DNA of 63,829 nt, counting the filler, from Collodictyon triciliatum (Eukaryota), in the NCBI GenBank assembly GCA_043381765.1. It is 4 parts of 4 records of this genome, joined end to end, with 100 filler letters (N's around TTAATTAATTAA, not from the genome) between each part and the next. Parts side by side here need not be neighbours in the genome. Positions count along the whole stretch, not along the records: positions 49,619 to 63,829 come from JBHJMP010001607.1; 3 more parts are not named here. The stretch is one strand, 5' to 3'. A program made the position numbers and the translations under genes. Position 1 is the first letter of the stretch. Every line of letters begins with the position of its first letter. The notes below the pieces were generated by a model, which searched no databases, was not told the origin of the DNA, and worked only from the letters and a program-made list of their open reading frames with translations. Below, in pieces: positions 54,276 through 63,829 of this stretch.

Positions 54276-57200
54276 ACACTTTTTTTTTTTTGTAGTTAAA
54301 TCAATTTTCTGCATCCATAAATACCTTGACACAACTACATATTCTGGATATTTCGCACAACCAAGTTTGTTGTAAAAAAACATTTTAAATTATGTAGTTA
54401 CATGCAGTTTTAACTTTCTTATTATTGATTATTAACAACAACAATAATAATACAGATACCTTCGTTGCCCGAAGATATATCAACCTTAAGAATCTTAAGA
54501 AACTTCAACGCTAGCCATAACAAAGTAAGCAATAGCAAAATACACATAAAATCGTTTTACTAAAATCTTAAATAAAAATATAAAATAATCTATTCATATA
54601 GTTAAAACTTTTTCCTGCATCCACCAGTACGATGACTCTGTTAGAAACTCTCGACATTTCAGAAAATCAAGTTTTTATTCAAATTGAAACACATATAATA
54701 GTCCTGAAGCTGATATTTTTCAAAAAATAGGTCCTTAATTGGTCTCATTACAAAGTCATGCTTGTGTATTCATATCATACAATAAATTCAATTCAAACAG
54801 ATAACATCATTGCCAGAACATGTATCAATATTTGGAAATATGAGGCATTTAAATACTGGTTATAATAAGGTTATATTGTGACCATCAAAATAAAGTGTTG
54901 AATAAATGAGGTTAACCTTAGATATCATATAGCTTAATCATTTGGATCCGAGTATCAGTGGGATGACCTCCTTACAGACTCTCCAAATTTCGCACAATAA
55001 GGTTTTATGTGAATATGAGGAAATCATATACACTTCAATAATTCATGTTTTTTAAATTGCATTCAATTGTTTGATTAGATATCTAAAATTCCCGAGGAAG
55101 TATCATCCTTGACAAATTTATTACATTTTGACTTCAGCAAGAATAAGGTATGTATATAATTAAAATGAAAAATCTGAATGTAAGATATATTCATGTACTG
55201 AATTTCTGATTCAATGTTCAATAAAATTAGTTTCATCATCTACCGATTTCTATTCATAAAATTAAATCAATGGTGGAACTCAACATTTCTGAAAACCAAG
55301 TAATTTTTCTCGTGATTAATGTTTTCTTTAAAGATTGGTCACTTGTTAGATTTTATTTTGGATATATCAAGAGTCTAATGTAGTATAAATAGATTTCTTT
55401 TCTACCAGAGGAAACATCAGTGCTTACGAATCTAACAAAATTAGACATTAGTCATAATAAAGTTATTTTCGATTCATAAAACCTAATGATTACAATAACA
55501 ACAGTAATAGTTATAAGAGACCCTAAAATTTATCTCCATTAAACTCCAGACAAAGACGGATATTTTAAAAAATAATCCACTTAATACAAATAGTTCGGCC
55601 ACTTTCCCATATCCATACACACTATGACACTTATCGAGAGTCTAAATGTGTCAAATAACCAGGTTTATTTCAGTTATAGTATTCTTTTATTGATAAATTT
55701 GTTCTTATTATAAGATTGTATTATAGAACTATTTTCTGCAAACATTAGATTGTTTACATACCTGACTCAATCGTCGGTCTCTTAAATCTCAAAGTATTGG
55801 ACTTGTCCAGTAATAAGGTTATTCCTGTCATATGTATCTTGAATAATCCAAAGGTGTAATCAATTGCCTCAAGCATTTTTCTATCTTGAAATAATGAGAT
55901 TGTTTTGGCTATAAAACTTTATTATAAATGACTTTTTACAATCTTTCATACAGATTGGCACTCTCCCATCATTTCTCGCAAAAGTCGAGACATTGAGAAA
56001 TGGATTATTTATTCAAGATAATCCGATTAAAAACATTCCAGCCAACGTCATTAGAAAAGACTCTGGGGCAGTGTATGATTTTTTAAAAGCTTCTGCAGAG
56101 GGGATAACTAGATGGACAAATGGAAGGCTTTTGCTCCTTGGAGAAGGATTTGCTGGGAAAACTACCCTCATCAAATCGATCATGCAAAAGCATCTATTCT
56201 TCAAAAAAACTACTGACCTAGACAGAGAGAGAACTAATGGCATCGCGCATGTTGATATTGATGAATCTATGATGGGCGGACTCTTTCAGACAAAAATTTC
56301 TATCCGGATTTGGGATTTTGGTGGACAAGAAGACTTTCAAGTGACACATCCTTTTTTTCTTTCATCCGGGGCACTGGTCTTGATTTTATACAGACTTGAT
56401 CAAACTAAGGATAAAAATAACCTCAGAAGATGGATCAAAATGCTCGATGACTTTGCTCCTGGATCTAAAATCATTATAGCTGGAACCCATCATGACAGGC
56501 AAAACCCAGAATGTAAGCGTGAAATGCTTGAACAAATTGCAAGAATAAAAAAAGATAATGAACAAAAAAAGGAAGAGGCCAAGCGCCACATATTCATCAA
56601 CACAGAATTACGTGTGAGTAACAAGACTGGAAAAAGAATTTCGGACCTGAAGAGAGCTATCCATGGAGGAATGATGAGACTTGATAACATAAACAAAGAC
56701 GTACCTAAAACATATGTCAGGCTGAAAGAATATCTAGAATCTAAGGGACAATTAATGAAATACGAAAGCATTCAGGAGACCTATGAATTCGCAGAAAAGC
56801 AATTGAAAATGGATCGTGGCCAATGTGACAGTGCTTTGGAATTCTTGCATGACCTTGGCTCCATAGTTTGGTACTCCTCTTTTAAAAATGTTAAGGACAT
56901 TGTCTTTCTGGATCCCCTCTTCCTCATAAACATCTTTCGGTGTGTTTTTAGTTTCAAAGGCGTTGAAAAAAGCACGGATGGGATTGTCTTGCTTAATCGG
57001 CTGAAAGAAAAAATTAATAAAGAATTGAACGTTGGATTGGACGAGCATGTATTTAATACAATTATCAACATCTTTGATCATTTTGGATTGGGGATTAATT
57101 TCAATAAGGAGTGTATTGCTTTTCCATCCTTAATGGAAGATTGTAAAAATCTTGCAGCATTATGGAATAACGCGCCAGAGTCTAATTGTGTGTCTGAAAT

Positions 57201-60200
57201 ATCGATAAAATTAATAACCCATGGTGAAATCCAACTTTCAGACAAAAGCAACATAATTGTCCAAGCCCTTCGCTTGACCAAAGGTGCGCCATCTGGTATT
57301 CAATTTGAAGACCATTTTTTTAAAGATGTAGCTCTAATTCACTTAAAGGCTCGCTATCTCCAAGAAGCAAGTGATGTCAAACTACTTCCAGGGAATTCTC
57401 TGATTGTATTATGCCGCATCCTTTCTGATAGAATTTTAATTAAAATTCGTAAATATGATGATGATTTCGACGAACGCAATCAATTTGTTCGTATTTTTCA
57501 CATATTAAACTTTTTCGTCAGAGAGATATCAAGCATTCGACAAAACTTCATCAAGAGTTGTAAAATGAGATGTCCGCATTGCCGAAAAAATCGCGTCAAA
57601 GGTTATGTTGTAACCACAATCAGAATGAGTCATACAGATATGAATAAATGCACAGAAGGACACACGCTTGATCCGGAATTTGTGAAACAAGGTCGTGTGT
57701 ATCAAGAGGAAGGTAGATTATATTCTCCAGTTGACATTTTTTTAAAAAAATAATAAGACAAATATATTTTTTTTATAAATTAGATAATACCCCTCATTTA
57801 ATGTGGAAATTGCACATCATTACAATAACATTCATTTTTCCTCTTTATTTTACATGCAATCATAATGGAATATCATTATTAACCACGTCCTATACAAAAA
57901 GGAATCTCTAAGAGATTCAACTCTGCAATAAAAGTAAAGAAGAAGAAAAATCAAACTCCTGAATCTATGTCATACCTAACTTCAATCGAGCAAGAGCTAA
58001 ATCAATGGAAGGATGTATGGATAAATCAACCGGTGGAATTGATCGAGTATATTGGTAAAGGGGCTTACGGCAGAGTTTATAAGACGTACCACAAAGAACA
58101 AGATGCAGTTGTTAAAATTCAAAATATAAAAGGGTGTTGGGAACATTCCATGGGCGAGATAATTGAATCTCTCATACATGAAACAAAGTTCCTGCATGAA
58201 TGTAGCGAGCACGAGAATATTGTAAAGTTATTTGGAGTGTATCGGAAGGATGAAGACTTTTTCATGGTAATGGAGTATGCTGGAATTTCGTTAAAAACAA
58301 AAGTTGAGAGAAAAAAGGAAGTACTTGATATTTCACAAGTACTTTCCTACTCGAAGCAAATTTGCATGGGAATGAATTTTATGCACTCCAGAAATCTGTA
58401 CCATGAGGACTTAAAGGCAGACAACATCATGATAGTAAATGAAAATGTGAAGATAGCAGATTTTGGAATAGTCAGCCGCCGTGAAGCTGAAAAGGTTGGA
58501 TCCCTTCTACCGACTCGATTCGGTGAGGAGAAGCAAGGGGGAACGTCAAATTGGCAGGCCCCCGAAATTCATGAAGTAGTTTGTAAGCCTCATTTCTTAG
58601 ATGGAGCTATTTACGGTGAAGAAGGAAATAATATAGGTCATAGAGGAGAACCAAGCAATGTGTATGCTTTTGGGATGCTGCTATGGTACATGTTTTCTGC
58701 TATTGAGCCATTTAAGAATGAAACACAACCGCAAGGCTTTATAGTGAGAGGTTTGCGTCCTGAAATTCCACCAAATACCCCACTTCATTTTCGGCATCTT
58801 ATAAAGGCCTGCTGGAAACAAAATTACAAACTAAGGCCGAGCTTGAAACAAGTGCAAATTTACATGGATGAGTCTTTTTCAGATCAACGAGAAGTTTGTT
58901 CCAAAAAAATGATTGAAATTTTGCCAATAAGATATTCTCAATATACAGATATGTATCGCAGTGAATTCGTGGAATGGCTGGGTGATATTTCGTATACAAG
59001 GTTAGCAGAGAAGATATCTGATGAGAATTGGGATAAATTTTGTGATATTCAAGAAAAATGGAGCGAAGATAATATGATCCGTATTTACCATATCAATCGG
59101 TCTGATGTATCTGCATTTCTTAACTTATCTGAACAGAGTATAAAAGAATGCAGCTCCAGCTCTAAGAAAAAAAGTATTAAAGAGCTCAGCTACTATCAGA
59201 TCACTGGTCATTTATCATCGATGAGTGATGAGTTATCTAAAAGATTGCTTGAAAAAATGAGAGCTTTGAAACTTAATGGAGATATTATATCTAAACTTGA
59301 CCAACCAGACATATATGCGAGGTTTTCATTTTCTGAAAACGATGTCTCTTTTGCTTCTCAAGTGATCAATGACGAAACAAAATTAAGTGGGGGCGTGGAA
59401 CCCCATCTTTCGTGGGACAGTATAGGATATTCCCAATTCAGAGATATTCTGCAATTTGATGCCAGATATACCCCTTACTGCCATGGAATACAAAATGCAA
59501 CATCATTGTGGCTGGGTTCGATGAATTTATTCCAGCTCCCGGATTCTTTGAGCAATTTGACCAACCTTAGAAGGCTTTATTTGCACTCAAACAAGGTGTG
59601 ATGTTCTAAATATGCAAGTGATGTAATAAAATTTTGATATACATATCTGTAAACAGCTATTGCGTTTAATTATGAAATTTCTACATAGATAACTTCAGTT
59701 CCTGGGCTGTTCCACTCTCTGACAAATTTGATAACGTTGGACTTATCAGACAATATGGTATGGCATCAATAAAATAAATTGTAAAACTTCGTCCTTTCAG
59801 GGAACTCAATGAGTAATAAGCATATCTTCTCAGCTCTGAAATAATGTTAATGATATTAGAAAAAAATAGTTTGTTGAAAAAAAAAGTAAAGCATATTGTA
59901 TCTAATTTTCCAGATATCTATCGTGCCCTCTGAAATTTCTTCCTTGACCGCTCTGTCACGTTTGGATGTATACGAGAATCCGGTTACAATTATTTTCGAT
60001 GGTTGTTGGGAAAATATAGCCAAATTTAACACAATTCTATTGATTGTAGATGCCAGAGCTTCCGGTCCAAATCACATGTTTGAAATGTCTATGTCATTTG
60101 GGCATTGTTGGTAAATCAGGAGAAGTTTGCATAAAAAAAGCGCCGCGTGGTGTCATCGACTTGCCTTGTTGGAAGGAATATCGTTGCCCTGATTTTATGC

Positions 60201-60299
60201 AGATTAGGGAACTGACCCTCTATGAACATGAAGATCAGGTACTCGTACTAATATCTTTTCGATGATTCACAGCTTACTGAATCTTTTAATTATCCATAG
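49820..60299 (+). CDS. Roco-family kinase: LRR array / Roc / COR / zinc ribbon / TKL-like kinase / SAM-like / second LRR block; about 35 exons; stop at 60263-60265 or 60297-60299
   Basis: LRR exons 49820-55818. Roc: GEGFAGKTT, WDFGGQ, GTHHD, VSNK. COR: LEFLHDLGSI, VFLDP. CPHC..CTEGH. A phase-1 splice (57712/57902) joins in frame to the kinase: GKGAYG, VVK, HEDLKADN, DFG, APE, GLRPEIP, CW..RPS. Further LRR exons at 59500-60238. Confidence 0.92.
51091..51193. repeat. (TAC)n microsatellite in an LRR-array intron
   Basis: Tandem array seen directly. Confidence 0.95.
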
Positions 60300-61556
60300 T
60301 AACCATCGGCCGACTGAGTCTGCATCTGCATCTGCGTCTTCTTTGACAGCAAATTGCATACGATGCTCACGTTCTTGAGAGAAACATCCAACCTCCATAA
60401 TATTCTTTCTCTCCTGCTCGCGAGAGCCAACAAGATTGTTTTTTTTTTCGTTTCTCACCTACTCGCGAAAGAGCCAATAAGAGCTCGTTTTTCGCCAGAC
60501 ATTCGAATAAATGAATACTGAAATATCACATATTTTTTTCATCTCTTTAACGAGCCGGCATTGATTTGAAGAATTTAATGAAAGATTAAAAAAAAGCAAC
60601 TAAAGGTGAATAAATTATGCTGTTCGCCTAGCTTGTCTGTTTGGTGATAGGACGTGCTCTTAACATATTAAGTAACAATAATAATAAAGGTGAATGAAAA
60701 AGACGGAGCGAGCTCAAGCCACGGACCCATAGGTAGAAGGATAATTATGAATATAGTGCTCAGTATAAGTTTCTCTGATTCATTCACCCATTTCTTCTTT
60801 TTCTTTTTCCTTTCTCTTCGGTCTCATTCAACCAGTAAATGGATTAACTTTATTACAAAGGTTGTGACGAACTTGGTTTTATCCCTTTCAAGGCACAACA
60901 CTTTTTGTACAACGAAAGTGTACCTATTTATAGCAGTTTATTGCACAGACAACCATCGAATTAAATATGGGTTGACGAAACCAGGAGCTTTGATGAACCC
61001 AAGAAGCAACCTGAATAATATAATATACGATTAGAATATATAACAAGATTAAAAAAGACTTCATAATCTCATTCTATTCCCGTAATCAATTTAAATTTTA
61101 TTTCTAATTTTGTAATATTAATCCAAAAATTCAAAAATTGCAAACAAGCCTTTGCCTTGGCCCAGAAAGAACCCACCCTATAAACCTTCCATCAAACATG
61201 CATTTCAAAAAAGCATTCTATCCACACCTGCGGCGGTAACCATGTTGCTTGGGGCCGATATGTTGACTTTCAGTCGAAATGGCTATACAGCCGTCTTTTC
61301 GAACTCGCAAAATCAGCTCTCAGAGTTATACCTCAAATCACTTGTAAAAATAAATAAAAACTTGATGTGTCTGATTGCCACAATGCGCACATTTCGAGGG
61401 TCTCGGTAGATGCTTAATTTTAACTGAATTGATTTTGTGCAGTTTTTTTTTTTTTTAATATTTTAATTACTTATTAAATTGACTGATTGACTAGAATTTA
61501 TTAAAATTGAAAACTCGGTAGTTTTCTAAAGAAAAAAGTAGACCAAAGACTTTCAG

Positions 61557-63500
61557 ATGAAGAAAAGAAAACGTCTTGAGTCTGAGAATATAAAGTCTGT
61601 AAAACTAGACTGTCGAAATGTGAAAACATCTCTAAAGTCGATTGTAAAGAATGTGGATGACTATGACAAAATCAGCGATACGGTTTTATTGTGTCATAAT
61701 TCGGTTACCGACACTTATCTGTTTGCAAGATGTTACACATTGAAATAACAGCTCCCAACAATCGATGAAAAGTGCTTCTTTTTTTTTGTACGCTTTAAAT
61801 ACTGTCAGAATAGCTTCACGTGATAGAACCGCAAGATTAAAAAAAAAACCAGATATGAGTGATGGCATGATGACTTTTTATCTTAATGATTTTCGATTCC
61901 TTTTATCTTGAGAAGAACGCTTTCCGTTGGTTAGACTGTCTCATCTATTACCGTACTTGGCGAAACAAGTGTTAACAGCTTATCATAATTACATTAATGA
62001 ACATTTTGTAAAGAGGTTACTGCGCTTTATAAATCAAACCGTTTTTTATTCTAAAAATCTTTGTTTTTGAGCCTTAAATCAAAAAGTTCCTAAAATGAGG
62101 ATATGATGGAAGCTATTAAAAGGCAGAGTTACGAAAGTTAAAAAAAAGCCATCTCCAAGAAACTCGAAATACCAGAACAATATAAAGAACGAGCTAAAAT
62201 GCATTTGCATCATATCATTCCCAGCGACATTGAAAATGGTATCGAATATGACATCAAAGTCAATCCAAATAAGCACATTCCGTGTCTGATTTACATGAAT
62301 CGCATTTTTGAGGAAATAGGAACCAAACTGCTTTAACCAATCCCTATAAGAACTACCAATATACCATGTCATATTACTCTAGATACTGCATGTTTGACAG
62401 ATATATCTATTAGTATCAGCTGGAAAGAACATTATTACTGAAGAATATATCAAGATGCAAAGAGACCCTATGGGATAATTTCTTTGAAATGAAGAAGAGA
62501 GCCTTTCACCAAAGAGACTATGATTTTAAATACACAATACAAACAGAAGGCTTGGCGGTTTCATTACTATTTGGAAAGAAGGATATTTCAAATTCAAATT
62601 CAAAATATAATCAAAAACCCCAAGATTATTTTTATATAGATGAACTTTCCGAAGAGCTGTTATCTTTATTAGCGGAAAAAAATAAAATAGTTTGAGTGGA
62701 CGCAGGCAAGTTTAGTTTGGTTTACATGGTGGATGAGATAGGCAGGTAAGAAATTACGTTACACGGCACACCAAAGAAGACATTATACCAAATCTCTTAA
62801 AATCACAAAATACTCTTGCACGAGAAAAAAAAAAGTACAATGCTTCAGGGATATACATGACAACAGGTTTACAAAGTGCTATTTCTTTTGGTCTCAGGAC
62901 TTTTGAAGAGAATCAGCAGTTTGAGACATCAAGAGCATCTTTAATCGATTTAGAGACAGAACTGAGTAAACATAATTCATACGCTGTCGATTATGAAAAA
63001 TTTCCAGAATATGTATCTATGAAATCAAGATGCCAGATAGGATTATCCATATTTTATGGACACGTAACTTCTCGAAAGATGAGATGGATACGGTATGTTG
63101 GTACAAAAAGAAGTGAACAACTGTTTATGGACAGAGTCGATAAGACATTTGGCAAGGATGTTGTACTGGCGTAAGGAGACTGGAGCAGGAAATGTCAGAT
63201 GAAAATATTATATGGCAATAATCGGAAGATGGTTACGAAAAATACTATCCAAACGTTTTGAAACGGTCAGCGTAGATGAATTTAGAACCTCCAAGATGTG
63301 TTGTAGCTGCGAAAAAGAACTGGAATGTATGAAACTGATATGAAATACAAAAAAGTTGTATAGATGTCTCATGTGTAAATAACGAATCGCTCAGAAAGCA
63401 AACAAAGTGTATTCTTGACAAGGGACTTTAACAGCGCTAATTTTTTTTTCCTTTATTCGATTTTACTTTAACAGCGCTAAAAATATACTCAAGAAAGTTC
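61557..63500 (+). pseudogene. Fanzor1 (TnpB/Cas12-like RuvC nuclease) pseudogene, intronless, with several stops and frameshifts
   Basis: Joined fragments: VKTSLKSIVK..ISDTVLLCH..VTDTYLFARCY; LPYLAKQVLTAYHNYINEHFVKRLLRFIN; YDIKVNP..PIRTTNIPCHITLDTACL; FKYTIQTEGLAVSLLF; RuvC-I KIV*VDAG (Asp 62699-62701); VVLA*GDWS; VDEFRTSKMCCSC (Glu 63278-63280); RCLMC; RuvC-III TRDFNSA(K)NI (63418-63486). Confidence 0.9.
63425..63480 (-). mobile_element. 24-nt poly(A)-tailed insertion flanked by a 16-bp target-site duplication
   Basis: ACTTTAACAGCGCTAA at 63425-63440 and at 63465-63480. The insert reads AAAATCGAATAAAGGAAAAAAAAA on the minus strand. Confidence 0.7.
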
Positions 63501-63524
63501 TTTTAATCCTTCAAAATATGCATA

Positions 63525-63670
63525 CACTTCGTCTAAAAAATAGGCTGTTGGGTCTTTCCTGGCAGGCTGCGCCAATACACGACCCTTTGTGAAAAAAGTG
63601 GCGAGACCTTGGATACTTGCGGACCAGGTTTACCAATCTTTCGATTGGTATAATCTTCCAGTATACCAAA
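63525..63670 (+). ncRNA. Candidate Fanzor omega-RNA scaffold / element right end
   Basis: Relatively GC-rich tract immediately 3' of the Fanzor ORF with a perfect hairpin TACCAATC-TTTC-GATTGGTA (~63630-63649). The position matches known TnpB/Fanzor omega-RNAs; boundaries are guessed. Confidence 0.45.
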
Positions 63671-63727
63671 ATAGAATCAAAAGGGTATCAATGAAACCAT
63701 AAAAAAGAGAGAGGGGAGGGTATACTC

Positions 63728-63829
63728 NNNNNNNNNNNNNNNNNNNNNNNNNNNNNNNNNNNNNNNNNNNNNNNNAGAAAAAGAAAAAGAAAAAGAAAAA
63801 GAAAAAGAAAAAGAAAAAGAAAAAGAAAA
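63728..63829. repeat. Assembly gap without linker followed by (GAAAAA)n
   Basis: N run 63728-63775, then a tandem array. Confidence 0.9.

Noticed and set aside
50987-55818. Regularly spaced repeat/spacer pattern resembling a CRISPR array
   Set aside because: The units are divergent protein-coding LRR exons with GT-AG introns, not identical direct repeats, and there are no cas genes.
61503-61510. AAAATTGA (mimivirus early promoter motif) upstream of the Fanzor ATG
   Set aside because: The octamer occurs elsewhere in ordinary AT-rich introns in this window, and no viral genes are nearby.
61746-63174. In-frame stops in the Fanzor as evidence of a reassigned genetic code
   Set aside because: Host genes use TAA and TGA as normal terminators with clean exons, and the element also has frameshifts, so this is decay.

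Overview
AT-rich, intron-dense eukaryotic DNA, probably from a protist; Tup1, Roco proteins and short introns suggest an amoebozoan-like organism (inference). The window is not one locus. It joins four ~16.4 kb sequences with artificial N-TTAATTAATTAA-N spacers, so adjacency across the spacers means nothing. Segment 1: an ankyrin/pseudokinase/HECT fusion gene and the DNA primase small subunit. Segment 2: a membrane-anchored JmjC oxygenase, Tup1, RPL18 (with a candidate intronic H/ACA snoRNA) and a GC-rich LRR/degenerate-Roc/COR-like/PH gene. Segment 3: one giant HECTD4-like E3 ligase (Kelch, SPRY, HECT) cut by the contig edge. Segment 4: a Roco kinase whose LRR array is encoded one 69-nt phase-0 exon per repeat, followed by a decayed Fanzor1 (eukaryotic TnpB-like RNA-guided nuclease) with a candidate omega-RNA region and a tiny TSD-flanked retro-insertion in its RuvC-III motif. 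Exon boundaries were read by eye and are approximate; no searches were run.
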